Assembly (NCBI RefSeq): GCF_016433145.1
Contig: NC_058130.1
Location: forward strand, 769,016,378 to 769,080,377
Direction: 5' to 3'
Source: Gracilinanus agilis
Taxonomy: Eukaryota
DNA: 64,000 nucleotides
The notes beneath the pieces were generated by a model. That model did not search any database and had not been told where the DNA came from. It saw only the letters and a list, made by a program, of their open reading frames with translations. A program made the translations under genes and the position numbers. Shown one piece after another: positions 1-13,644 of the stretch. Numbering within the stretch: the first letter of the stretch is position 1; each line of letters begins with the position of its first letter.

Positions 1-79
<79 letters not shown>
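1..79. repeat. (TC)n microsatellite
   Basis: Directly visible, with one G interruption. Confidence 0.95.
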
Positions 80-83
<4 letters not shown>

Positions 84-3000
84 ACTGACCTTTCTGGCTT
101 TCTTTAAGTCCCACTCAAAATTCTCTTTTCTACAAGAAGCTGTCCCTGGCTCCTCTTCATTCTAGTGCCTCCCCTCTGTTGATTATTTTCAACTTGTCCT
201 ATCTATGGCTCACTTTGTAGTTTTGTCTGCATGTTGTCTCTGCAATTAGATGGAAACCTTTTGAGGGCAAGAACTGTCTTTTACCTCTTTTTGTATTCCT
301 AGCACTTAGCATAGTGCCTGGCACATAGTAGGTGCTTAATAAATGTTGATGGATTGATTTTCTTTTTTTTTTTCAAGCCCTCACCTTCTGTCTTAGAATC
401 AATACTAAATATCTGTTCCAAGGCAGAAGAGCAATAAGTGCTAGGCAATTAGAGTTAAGTGACTTGTCCAGGATCAAACAGCTAATAAATATGTGAAGTC
501 AAGCTTGAACCCAGAACCTTCTGTCTCCAGACTTGGTTCTTTATCTACTAAGCCAACTGGCTGCCCCAACAGCTTGATTTTCAATCATAGGATCGTAGGA
601 TTTTGAGATGGAAAAGACCTTGGCAGTGATCTAGTAAATGTCACCCTGTCCTTCCATTTTAAAGACGGAGTCACTGAAGCCCAGAGAGAGCAACTCTTTG
701 GCCAAGGTCCCTTGGTTCCAAACGATGAGTTCTTTCACATCCAAAATGGCGGCTGCCCTTGAGAGAGACGCCCTATTCTGAGATTTCGAAACTGAGATTT
801 CCTGACTCCAGTTCTAACACTGTTTATGGTGAAGATCCCAAACCATAATGATAATAACCACAAATGGAAATGGAATGGGCAGCCTAAAATGGAAAAGTCA
901 GAAGGGCAGCCTTGGAGTCAGAAGGAGCCGAGTTCAAGCACCGGCTCTGCTCATGCTGGCTGTGTGGATCCAGGCTCCTCACCTGACTTCCCAGTGAACT
1001 CTCTCTGCGGCCATGAATGAGAGAAGAGGGGCGATCCGCAGGGATGGAGGGGGCTCTCCATACTGGTGACACAGTAGGTCCAGGCAACGATAAGAATAAG
1101 AATCGGCCAGCCGATGTCTGTAATGCTTCCCAGGCACGGTCTTGGTGGATCCTCCCGACAACCCTATGAAAGGGAAAAGCCAGGAATCATCCTCCCATTT
1201 TATAGATGAAGAAAGAGAGACAGAGTTTCAATGACTTGCCCACCATAGCCAAATAGCTGCAGGCAGGACTTGAACCCAGTTCTCTCCTGACTCCCAGTCC
1301 AGAGCTATGATGATGATGATGATGATGATAGATGAAAATTAATATTCAATAACTATTATATTTTATAAAGTTTTATTAATAATAAACTAAAATAAAAACT
1401 AGAGTGAAAAGGAGTTAAACTAACTTCAGCTGCTCTCGTGAAGAAGAGAAGAAGAGGGAGGAGCTACAGAACTTATAAAACAATACTGTGAGCACCCAAA
1501 CGTAGAGGCGCAGGAAAGATTAAAGGGAATTTTAGGGAAATACTAAGGGACTTCTGGGGGATGGAGTCCAAGCTTTGAAATCTCCATTTATACGATGATG
1601 ATGATACACTATGTGCCAGATCATCCCATTTTACAGATGAGGAAAGCAAGACAGAGTTTCAATGACTCGCCTACCATAGCCAAATAGCTACAGGTAGGAT
1701 TTGAACCCAGTTCTCTCCTGACTCCCAGTCCAGAGCTATAATAATAATAACACACTATGTGCCCAACATAATGCTAAACTCTTTTTTTAAAACCCTCACC
1801 TTCTGCCCTAGTATCAGTTCTAAGACAAAAGAGCAGCAAAGGCTAGACAATGGGGATGAAGTGACTTGACCAGGGTCCTACGCCTAGGAAATAACTGAGA
1901 TCAAATTTGAACCCAGGTGAGGACTCCAGGTCTGGCTCTCCATCTACTGCGCTAACTAGCTGCCCTTCGGCTCTTTATTATTTATGAGATTCGATTATTA
2001 TCATTAGGGTGTCTGCCATGTTTTTTCTTTGAGGCCCAGAATGGGAGGCTGCTTCCACGGCCAGAGGGAAGAGCCGGTAAGAATCCAAAGCCTGAGCAGG
2101 GACGGTCCCTCCGGAGCCCCTTCCCCCGGCCCCAGGGGGCCTCGATGGACCGAAGACAGCCCAGAAAGCAGATGTGCAAACAAAGATACGGCGACGAGTC
2201 CAGCTCGGCGCACATCAGACATTGGAAGGCACTAACTTCATTTCATGCCATATGCAAATCTGCGCCAGCTGCCAGCTCTGTAATCACAGGAGACTTAATG
2301 TAATAGCAGAACAAGGACAAAGCGCGGCTCTTTGAAGGTCCATTTATTGGGGGTTTTATGTTCTGGGGCCTCAGAAAGTGGCCACCATTTATGGAGGCCA
2401 TCTGGGAAGGGAGACGTGCCCAAACGCCTGCCGTCTCCTTTGCGGATGACTACAGAGATCATAAATAACAGCTAATGACAGCTCCAGCCGTTACTTACCA
2501 GAAATACATCATTTGCCCAGGAAATCCCCCTCTGGACACAACAGCTGCTCTTCCATTGTTGGGGTCCAGCTCAACATCTTCCATCTGCAAGAAGGGAAGA
2601 AGTAGGCACAGCAGAGACGGAGGACAGCCTCTCTCGGAGGGTGCACGAGGCTATCTTGAAGCGGAATCCTAGAGGCGGCTGCGGTTGCCCAGGACTCACT
2701 TACGTGGTATTCGATAAAAATTAAATGGGGGCAGCTGGGTGGCTCAGTGGATGGAGAGCCAGGCTCAGAGACGGGAAGTCCTAGGTTCAAATCTGACCTG
2801 AGACATTTCCTAGCTGGGTGACCCTGGACGAGTCACTTGACCCTCTGCCTGGCCCTGACCGCTCTTCTGCCTTGGAACCAACGCACAATATTGATTCTAA
2901 GATGGATGGTGAGGGTCAGAAAAAAAGAACGAGAGACTCTGGCTGAGGAGGATTCCTTAGGCTTTGATAGACTGGCAAAGGGGTCCATGACGCCCAAAAG

Positions 3001-5116
3001 CTTCAGACCTCCTGGTCCAGAGAAGGCTCCCAGACTGGTGAGGAGAACCATGGCATCATGGCAATGTTTTCCATTCTATCTGCTTGTGGATCCATTTCCA
3101 AGGCACACGGGCACTCCGAAATGGGGCATACAAAGCCTCACTCACAGACACTTATTAAAAACCCCTCCTGGGTGCCAACCACAGTGCATTTAGGTGCTGG
3201 GAATATAAGGAAAAGCAAAATCAGCCTTTGTCCCCAAGGGTGCCCGAGGGAGCACAAACTAGCCCACTGGCTGCCCCTCCATCCGGCCATCAGCCTGCCA
3301 ATGGGCGCCTGCCCCTCTCCCTTTCTGACCCATCCTTTCCCTGGGGACCGCTCCTCCCATCTGTGTCCTCTTCCCCTCTTAGAATATCAGCTCCTTGGGG
3401 GCAGGAACTTGGCACCACACCTGGCCTAGAATAAGACCCTGAAGACACACATTTTTGGTCCCTTCCCTTCTGTCTTAGAATCAATCCTGTGGTTTGGCTC
3501 CAAGACAGAAGAGCAGTAAGGGCTAGGCAGTGGAGGGTGGAGTGACTTGCCCAGGGTCACACAGCTAGGAAGTATCTAAGGTCAGATTGGAACCCAGGAC
3601 CACCCGTCTCCATCCACTGAGCCGCCTAGCTGTCCCTAATACATGCTTTTTCATTCATTTATTCATTTGTTTTAATGAGGGCAACCACATCACATAAATA
3701 GATTCATACTGTTGATTAAACGATGCTTCAGCGCCCAGAGACTGGCTCAGGAGACTTCAGAGTTAAGACCAGAATTTAGGTCAGGAGACAAACAGAATGG
3801 AATCTTGGGGGGCGGGGGGCGGGGGGGCAGGGGGGCACTGGCTAACTGTGTTAGGAAAATCCTTTATCCCAGCTCCAGATAATGGAGAGACTGGAAGGAT
3901 CACTGGGCACAGAGCCGGACAGATAAGAAAGTCTCCAGGCCTCCTTCAAGGTCCTCAGAACAGCTCCAAGAAACGTCTAAGGGAGCCGGGGGGCTGGCAC
4001 TGGCTCTTCCCTCCTTCCTCCCTCCACCCCCATTTCTCTCTTTTCTCCCTCCTTTACCCATTGGAAAATATTGGGGAGGGGAAACAACCATCCGTCTCCC
4101 CATCAGTCGTCCCCCTACACACCCTGGGAAGTGAACTGAACCATCAGGAGCCTTTATCTGCCCAGAAAGGGGGAATTGGGGAACCCTCATGTGTGGCAGC
4201 ATCTCACAAACACACCTGAAGACTCTGGCACCATCGGGCACAGACAGCTGGCACAAGACCTGACGTGAGAGGCATCACTCTCTGAAGCACCAGCACGAGC
4301 TACACGTAATACTTCTAGAATGCCTCCTAGGGGCCAGACCCTGTGCTGAGCACATTACACTTAGCCTCTCGTTTGATCTTCACAACAACCCTGGCATAGG
4401 AGGGTTATTATTGCCCCCATTTTACAGATGGGGAAACTGAGGCCAAAGGAAGGGAAATGGCTTCCTCAGAGTCACACTCCTAGTCAGTGTCTGAGGTCAG
4501 ATTTGACCCCTGGTCTTCCTGACACAGGGCTGAGGGCTCTTTCCACTGAGCCACCTGGCAGGTCACTCAATGTCTGCCTGCCTCAGTTTCCTCAATTGTA
4601 AATGGGAATAATAACAGCACTTTCCTCACAGGGTTGTTGTGAACCACCCTGCTGCTTGGCTTAGGGATCAGAAATGGGTCCAAAGGCTAGATGCTGATTA
4701 TTATTATTAGTCTATGATCACCAGCCCCCAATTCAATGAATACTTCATTCCCTTCTACTGACTCCTACTGAGCTCAAGCAATGTTTATATGGCAATGAGG
4801 AATTGGGGTATGGAAGGGGAAACATTGCTGGTAAATATTTAACTAGGTTCTTAGAGGAAGGGAGACTTGTCTACACACTTTTCAATGTAATCTATGTTAT
4901 TAATACCGTCTTAAGTGTAGACAATCTATGAAATAATCGATCGAGTCCACAATTGCCAATTTCAGAGGTAGAAATACTCACACTGGAAATTTAACAATGG
5001 GCTCCCTGGAGTCAGTAAGAGGTGGAGAGAGCTGGTCCTTTACATTCACTGATGAAGGGGATTTAGAAACTAAGGTAGTTGTCACAGTCTGAAGAAACCT
5101 TAAAGATAATCTAGTC

Positions 5117-5309
5117 CAGTGGTTCCCAAACTTTTTTGTCCTACCACCCCCTTTCCAGAAAAAATATTACTTAGCCCCCTGGAAATTCATTTTTTTTTAA
5201 TTTTAATAGCAATTAATAGGAAAGATAAATGCACCTGTGGCCATCACTGCCCCCCTGGATCGCTGCAGCACCCACCAGGGGGTGGTCACACCCACTTTGG
5301 GAATCACTG
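5117..5309. mobile_element. Non-autonomous hAT (Charlie-type) DNA transposon / MITE
   Basis: Termini CAGTGGTTCCCAAA...TTTGGGAATCACTG; perfect 8-bp TSD ATCTAGTC (5109-16 and 5310-17); 193 bp. Confidence 0.9.
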
Positions 5310-5802
5310 ATCTAGTCCAATGTTTCCATTTTACAGAAATAAGAACTAAGAATCACAATTAGTGAGACCCGTGGAGGTATGAAGGAGTAGAGAGTAGAAA
5401 AATCAAGAGTGAGAACTTTCAGAGATCCATAAGAATATGTTAAAAATTGCTAGAGATAAGTCAGCCATAGGGGGCACATGTGAGCATAAACCATAACATT
5501 CATTCCCATTTCTATAGCCATCTAAAGTTCACAGGGTTTTCCTCACAACTGCCCTATGAGGTACAGAGTATGAAAGCTAAGAATATGACTGGTAACATCT
5601 CTAAGACAGAAGGACAAGAGCTAGGCAAATGGGATTAAGTGATTTATCCAGGGTCACACAAGCTAAGATATGTCTGAGGCCAGATTTGAACCCAGGTCCT
5701 CCCAGCCCCACATCTCTTCTTCTATCCACTGATCCTGAATAGGACTATTATAAGAATTTAAATTTAGGTTTTATGCTAAATATGAGAATTCTAAAGTAAT
5801 AT

Positions 5803-6520
5803 TGTGGTCAATGATTTTAAAAATATTTCAGCTTAAGTCAAAATGACTTTTAGCAGCTTTATTTACAAAGAGTTGGAAAGAGTAAAAGTGGAAACATGTA
5901 AATAAAGAGACAGAAAGTACTGCCTAGCTACAAATACCCTAAGTTTAATCCTAATGTCTCCAGACCACAAATGTGAATCCAAAAGTGAATCTCACCAGAA
6001 TCCAAAGTCCTAATTAGGAAGCCAAAATCCAAAGAACCAGAAGAAGCTGAAGAATCCTCTGAGAACCTTCAGTGCACACGAGGCTAAGACTGCCAAGAAT
6101 ATCATCAGAACTCATGCTGAAGGGAGTGTCCCACCGAAAAACCAAGGAAGGAATCAATCCACTCACACCACCACAAACTGATGCAGGATCCAAGGAAAAG
6201 ATCTCCTCCTCCAGTCTGGCTCACCATTGCAGAGAGAATCACTGAATCCTCGAGCTGGCCTTTTTAAAGCAGTTTTCCCAATGTCACTTCCACTCCCTCC
6301 CCCACTTTATGGGAACCAATCACAGTCTTTATTTCAATTTGTCTAGCACTGCCCGGGGGGGGGGGCGCCTTAGGAGTGGGGCAGTGACCTTTGGAGGTGT
6401 GAGCTTAGTCTAGTAAGTGACTTGCAACTCTCTTAGTATCAAATAGGGATACTTAAGATTTTGATTGATTAACTTAAAAGTCGCTGATTGATAGACAAAG
6501 AGAGTTTGATTCACTCCACA
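5803..6520 (-). mobile_element. Probable solo LTR
   Basis: TGTGG...CCACA termini. On the - strand ATTGG, a TATA-like GCTTTAAAAA and AATAAA (5858-63) occur in LTR order. Near-match 4-bp flanks (ATAT/CTAT). Confidence 0.6.
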
Positions 6521-7789
6521 CTATTTTAATGAAAATACATTACATTCCTATTTTGCATTTCTATTTTGTATTTCTTGTTTTAGGAAAAGAGGTGTGGCAC
6601 AGTTTTATAAGCAAGAGATTCAAAGGTTCACATTTTGGTTCTGTCCCTTACCATGTGACCTTGGGCAAGTCATAGCCCCTCTGACTTAAATGTCATCTTC
6701 TATAAATGAGGGTCTTGAATTAAATAATCTCTTTTTAAAAGTTTTTTTAATTAACCAAAAGCTCTTTTTTCTTGGACTCATTTCTCCTTTCCCCACCATT
6801 AAAAAAAATTTTGTAACAAATACTCATAAGTAAAATAAAGTCTCACATCTGCCATGACCACAATGCATGTTTCATTCTGCACCTTGAGTCTGTCCCATTC
6901 CCAGCAGAAGGCAACTAGTGGGCTAAATCATCATGGTTCTGGGGCTGCTGGATGGCTTACAACAGTTTATTAACTCTTACAATGCTCCACTCTGGACAAA
7001 GTAAGGGATGAGGTAAGTGAGCTTCATCCTTTGACGTCTCAAGCTGCCCAGAGGTCCAGCCCACCATGAAAACAGAAAACCGTTCTATGCCCTCAGCTCC
7101 AGCTCTGACTCCAGCCAAGTCCCTCTGCTCCATTCTGAATGGAGACTCTAAAAGCCCGACCAAGAGATCTAGCCTTCCCTCTCTCGGCTGTCAAATATGG
7201 TAGGCGTTCACGCTGGCACAGGAGAATTGTGGGAATAGAAGGACTGGCTGCAAGGGCCACAGGAAAGCTTCTCTGGGCTCCTGAAGTTTCTCTGACTTTC
7301 ATTCTTTCCATCCACTTCTTAGAGACATCCTTTAGGGTGTGACCCACTTTCTTAGGCCAATACAAAAATGTTCCTGTGAAACACAATTCCAGTTGATCCA
7401 GGACTTTTTCACACTGAGAGTCTTTGACCGATTGAGGCATATTCTCATCTGATTGATGCATCCCTTACCTCAAACAGAGTACCTTGGTTTGATTTACTCA
7501 ATCACCTCCCCCTTACATATCTAAATACTTTCTTCATAATAACTCACATTTTGCTAGTGCTTTCAGGTTTATGATAGCTGTGGGAGGAAGGCAATATAAG
7601 GATGGTTAATGCCCATTGTACACATCAATCAAATGTCACAGACACTTTATGCGCCGCAGACTTTTGTGGGGAGCTTTTTACACCAACTGTTCTACTGTAG
7701 CCAATATCCATTTCTAATACCTAACTAAGCCTGATTAATTGACATGATAATTAGAAGAAGAAACACACTGGTGAGGTTCATGATCTACA

Positions 7790-8260
7790 GCTTTAGAAAA
7801 AGAACCCCATGCTATCCACATCCTGAGAAAGAACTGTGGGAGTAGAAATCCAGAAGAAAACATATTTATTTAGGTATAGGGTTTGGTTTTAAAAGATTAC
7901 TCTATTACAAAAAATGAATAATAGGGGGGTAGCTGGGTAACTCAGTAGATGGAGAGTCAGGCCTAGGGACAGAAGGTCCTGGGTTCCAATCTAGCCCTAG
8001 CTGTGTGATCCTGGACACAGCCCTTACTTCTCTTCTGCCTTGGAACCAATACACAGTATTGATTCTAAGATGGAAGCTGAGGGTTAAAAAATATTTAATG
8101 AATAATATGGAAATAGGAGTTGAGTGATAGCACATGTATAATCCAGTGAAATTGCTTCCCAACTCCAGGAGGAGGGAGGGAAGATGGGAAGGAGACAACA
8201 TGAATCATGTAACCATGGGGAAAATTTTTTTAAATTAAATTAAAATTAAAAAGAAAAGAA
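7790..8260 (+). mobile_element. L1 3' UTR fragment interrupted by a MAR1-type SINE
   Basis: ATCCACATCCTGAGAAAGAACTGTGGGAG...CATGAATCATGTAACCATGG, the same motifs as the L1 ends at 43.6 kb and 61.2 kb; SINE at about 7925-8090. Confidence 0.75.
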
Positions 8261-8817
8261 AAAGACAATCCCAGGTCCTCACCTGAAATTCTGTGCTTGA
8301 CCATACCATTAACTCAGTAGCCTTGGAAAAGTCATTTCATTTCTCTGACAGTCATTTTCTTCATCTATAAAATGAGGAATCTGAAGGAAAGGCAGTAGAG
8401 TATATTGGAAATTCGCCATGATGAGAGAGAAAAGACTTGGACTCTAGTTCTTGCTCAGTCATTAACATAATATTACTATGTGACATGAAGCAAGCCCCTT
8501 CACTTTTCTCGAGGCTTCTGTCTCCTCCTCTAAAGGAAAGGACCGGCCAAGATACTCTCTCAGTCCCTTCCAGCTCTGGTATTTTATTTTCTATGGTACC
8601 TGCCAGTTCTGACATTTAATTTCCTAAGGTCTCTTCCAGCTCTGAAATTTATTGTAGTACAGATCAAATAAGAGAATAATTGTAAAGCACTTAGTACAGG
8701 GCCTGGCATATAGTAAGCCACATAATATAGTGCTTTTGTTCAGTCATTTCTTTCAGTCATGTTCAACTGCTTTTCACCCCATCCGAAGTTTTCTTGGCAG
8801 AGATACTGGAGTGACTG

Positions 8818-9339
8818 GCCATTTCCTTCTCCAGTTCATTTGACAGATGAGGAAACTGAGGCAAACAGGGTTAAGTGACTTGCCCAGGGTCACACAGCTA
8901 GTTTGCCATTCCCTTCTCCAGCTCATTTGACAGATGAGGAAACTGAGGTAAACAGGGTTAAGTGACTTGCCCAGGATCACACAGCTAGTTTGCCATTTCC
9001 TTCTCCAGCTCATTTGACATATGAGGAAACTGAGGTATACAGGATAGAGTGACTTGCCCAGGGTCACACAGCTAGTTTGCCATTTCCTTCTCCAACTCAC
9101 TTGACAGATGAGGAAACTGAGGCATACAGGGTGGAGTGACTTGCCCAGGGTCACACAGCTAGTTTGCCATTTCCTTCTCCAACTCATTTGACATATGAGG
9201 AAACTGAGGCAAACAGGGTGGAGTGACTTGCCCAGGGTTACACAGCTAGTTTGCCATTTCCTTCTCCAGCTCATTTGACAGATGAGGAAACTGAGGCATA
9301 CAGGGTGGAGTGACTTGCCTAGAGTCATACAGACAGTAA
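8818..9339. repeat. 87-bp tandem repeat x6 derived from a MIR/CORE-SINE core
   Basis: Unit starts GCCATT at 8818, 8905, 8992, 9079, 9166 and 9253 (exact 87-nt period); flanks continue as ordinary SINE sequence. Confidence 0.95.
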
Positions 9340-9425
9340 ATGTCTAAAGCCAGATTTGAACTCAGGAAGAGGAGTATTCCTGGCCTCCGACCTGATGCTC
9401 CATCCACTGCAGCACCTAACTATCC

Positions 9426-9428
<3 letters not shown>

Positions 9429-9461
<33 letters not shown>

Positions 9462-9920
9462 TATAAATCATTATAGCCAGAAAGGGAAATGGCAGACCAA
9501 TGAAATATCTTTGCTAAGAAAACTCCAAATAGAGTCACAATTTAATCAGTTGAACATGACTGAACAACAACTGTATATTTCTAGATATATAGCAAATATT
9601 TTCATGCTGTTACATTATTCTAATAATATATATAATATGATCATAGCATTATAATAACGCATGTTATACGTTTATTATAGCATAATACATAATAGTATAA
9701 TAATGTATATAGTAGAACATCATTACAGAATGCTAAAAATGTGTCTATTATAGTATTCTAATAATGTATGTAATATTATTCTAGTATTCTAGTAATGCAG
9801 CTATTATAGCATTATGATAATGCATATATTATATATGTAATGAATAACATGAATATTATTATTATAACCACTTATATAGTATTATAATATATGTTATTAT
9901 AACCAAGTATAACCATTGAC
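9429..9920. repeat. (AAT)n plus AT-rich low-complexity tract
   Basis: (AAT)n at about 9429-9460 and a degenerate TATAAT-like tract at about 9560-9920. Confidence 0.7.
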
Positions 9921-12900
9921 ATAATGGCTAGATTTCAGAAGCATGAGTCTTCATCCTGCCACAGGGATATACAGATTGGCTGTGTGACCCTGGGCAAGTC
10001 ACCTCATAATAACTGACAAGCATTTTACACCGACTGGTTCCCTAAATCCATTTGATGAAATCCCAGCGGACTTTTGGTGGCCCCATTTGCCAGATGAAAA
10101 GCTAAGGTAACAGACACGAAAGGATAGACCCCTTGGAGACTTTGAGTGGCAAAATGGCCATGGGATAAAGAGCTTGTGACTTGAATGTCCATAGAAATAC
10201 GAAAGGGCAGGGAACTTCGTCTAGGACTAGAGAGAGACTAGATTAGTCCCTGGGATGGCTGCCATGAGAACTTACAAATGGAACTGAGAAGGCTCCTGAT
10301 GGCTTCCAGGGTGCAAGGCAAGGTCAAGGGAAGAATTCCAGTCTCCTCTCTCCATCCCAATCCTCTTTCCTCCCAGCAAGGGCGACTTACAGCAGAAGCC
10401 CAGGTGACTATTCTATAAAGCTAGAGCCAGTTTGGGATTAGAAGAAGTCCATTTGCACCTTATAAGGGCTACAGATGTTGAGTGGTTCGTTTGCATGTGA
10501 AAGGGTCAAGAAATGCAACTGGGAATCCACTGGGATCACTGATGTGCCCTTTGGTAAAACCAGGGATCAGACTCTAATGGAACAAGCCGAGACGATCAAT
10601 CCATCGGCTCCTAAAAGAAAGGGAAATCAGGGCAAGAGGCAATTGCTCTCCTCCATCCTCTATCTAGCACAGCGCCTGGCACATGGCAGGCATTTAACAA
10701 ATGTTTGCTTGATTCTTCTACCAACAGAGACAACTTGGAGCAGAAGCATTGAGAGCCAGCCTGAAGGGGCAATTCCAAGACATTGCTTTCTGAGAGGAGA
10801 GAAATTTGAGAAAGGAGAGCTTGGTATCTGGAACAGAGTCCAGCGACTAAGCTAAGCCCAATTGGCAAGTAGAGTGGAGAATCTGGTGCCTGAAGTACAG
10901 AACTGATGAGCCCCAGAACCAATATCCTTGCTGGTCCTAGAATAGAGATGCCTATTCTTTCCAAAGGAACATAGCAAATGGAACAGGGGATAACTGGCCC
11001 CCGAATCCAGTTCTTTTGAGCATGCACAGATTCAATCTCCCATGTGGAAGACTCTGAGGAGCTTGCTTCCAGGAGATTTATGATAATATGATGATTATAA
11101 AAGAATTATGATAACGTAGAAGGGCCTTAGAGAGACTTTAGTATATGCCTAGACGTTCTGTAAATGGTTCTGGTCCGATAACCACATAGCAAATAGGAGC
11201 CTCTTTGAGTGGTTGTGGCTATGTAGCTGGACCTGGGGGGCATTCAAAGGCATCCATAAGCTTTCTCCCCTCTCTGGCTTTTGACTTCATCTCTTTGGCT
11301 GATTTCTTCCAGGAAGACAGCATGTGAGGAGAGATAAGGCTGCCCCCTCCCCATCTACGGCCAAGAAAATACAGGTCTTTGTTCTCTGCCTTGGTATTTG
11401 TCCTTTCCATTTGTGGTGAAGGAGGCTACAGCTTCGAGGGTGTCAAAAGTTCAGAAGATGGCACCCCAGAGGTCTCAGGAGTCATAATCCATGCTGGGTT
11501 TTTGCAGCCAAGCGTGGCATCTTTCCCTTGAGGATGGATAAGTAGCCTTCTGGGAATTCAGGCCACCAAGAGCTGAGACAAGGATTCACCTAACAGTGAT
11601 GCTGCATTTGGGCAGGAACTTGGAGGGACCAATGCTCTGTAGAGACCGCTATGAGTCTGGGCCCAGCCTCCCCCAAACTGAAGCAGAATAGGGGAGCGTG
11701 TGCCCCTAAGGTGTGGGAGGGAAATATTTCTACTTCTGTTCCTGCTGTATCTTTTATGTAAACATTCCCCTACAAAAGCTAACTCATATTAATTGGCTAA
11801 ACTGAACTGGAGAATTGGTCACTGGTGACTAGCAATGGGGAGAACACACCAGAAAGGAATGGAGGTTCAAGCCAAGGGCAGTAAAGACACCCCAACCTCT
11901 CAGAAGCACCCCTAGAATCCTGAGGTAGTTTTATATCCAGATTTGGGGTAAGAAGACCAAAAAGTGTTCATGATACAAGCAAGACTAGGCTTTCAGCTAA
12001 ACACAAAGCTAAAGACCTCAGCAGAGCATTGGAACTAGAGACCTAGCCCAGGAACAAGTCAAGTGACTACCCAGTAGAGATACCTCTCTGTTAAGGGCAA
12101 CAAAGGGACTTTATGAGGCAATGGGGTGGAAGGGGGAACAGCATATGCCAGAAATATAACACGTGTCCCTTATGAGTGTGCCTCTCCATTTGTAAACTCT
12201 ACCAGAGTCCATTGCTCCCACTCACCTATCAGTAAGAGGATATGCCTTGGGTGCACTGGGAAAGATTGTGTTGCTACCATTGTGATTACATGATTCCAGT
12301 AAATGTCTGTGCTCTGAGCTGTGTCCTCTAGGTAACTATTAAGAAGCAAAAATGTAATGGGGCTCTTGGGTTATGATTTAGGAGTAAGGGCCCACAGAGT
12401 ACCTCGAATCTGGGGCAGGCATCCAACAGGGCACCCAACCTAGAGTCCAAGTTGGGAGGGTAGCCCAATGGGCACTAAACATAAGTTATTTCTAAAAACA
12501 ACCCCACTACGTAGGTGCTATTATCTTTCTTCTACAGATGAGGAAACTGAGGCTCAAATCAAAGTGACTTAGTCATGCAACTAAGAGGCAGTGAGGTGGC
12601 ATAGTGGATAGATTTCTGAGTCTGGATTCAGGAAGACCTGAGTTCAAATCCAGCTTCAGATACTTAGTAGATCTATGACTCTGAACAAGTCACTTGACCT
12701 CTGTTTCCTTAAATGTAAAATGGGGATGATAATGATAGCATCTACCTCATGAGGTTGTTATGAGAATCAAATGAGATCTACTGGCCCACAGCAGATGCTA
12801 TATAAATGCTTATTCCCCTCCCCCATGCCAGGAAATTTCTGAGTGAGGTCTAAACCTAGTTTTCCTAGCTCCAAATCCAGAATTCTATCCATAATAAAAT

Positions 12901-13644
12901 CACCTCTCCATTCCTTGGTTTCCTTATTTGTAAAACAGAGCTAGGTGGTGCAATGGATACAGCACCAGGCCTGGAGTCAGGAAGACCTGAGTTCAAATTG
13001 GGCCTCAGAAACTTCCTAGCTATGTGACCCTGGGCAAGTCACTTAACCCTGTTTGCCTCAGTCTTCTCACCTGTAAAATGAGCTGGAGAAGGAAATGACA
13101 AACCATTCCAGTATCTCTGTAAAAAAAAAAAAAAATCCAAATGGGGTCAAGAAGCTCTAGACAAGACTGAAACATCTGAACAACCACCACAAAAGCAGAG
13201 TTAATAATATCTATACTATCTGCATCTCAGGGGTGCTCTGAGGTTTCACTGATATAATGGAAATCAAGTTTTTCCCAAATTATAAAGGGCTGTGCAAATG
13301 TTTGTCATTTTTAAGGGATTCCTGTCCTTCTGATCATCATCCCCCCCCAAAAAAAACCCTCTAACTTCCTTTGTTATTGCCGTTGTTGTTGAAGAGTTTG
13401 GGGAGCAAGGGGTTGCTTGTTTACTGGGTTTTTTGTTTGGGGATGTTTTTTGTTCTTAGGCGCCCCCTGCATGTCCTACTGAAAAAGGAACACAGTTTTT
13501 TGGAAAAGTCCATAAAGAGAGAAGAAATCTGGCCTCAGACACTTCCCAGCCGTGTGACCCTGGGCAAGTCACTTGACCCCCATTGCCTACCCTACCACTC
13601 TTCTGTCTTGGAGCCAATACACAGCATTGACTCCAAGACGGAAG

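Noticed and set aside
8774-9328. 184-aa repeat protein ORF
   Set aside because: Open only because the SINE-derived unit is 87 nt; no promoter or splice context. Reported as a repeat instead.
9560-9920. Possible mitochondrial control-region insertion (ATGTA/TACAT motifs)
   Set aside because: No flanking tRNA or conserved sequence blocks; simple AT-rich low complexity explains it.
11400-12500. Possible LTR/ERV-derived segment
   Set aside because: Could not define termini, TSD or internal retroviral motifs with enough confidence.
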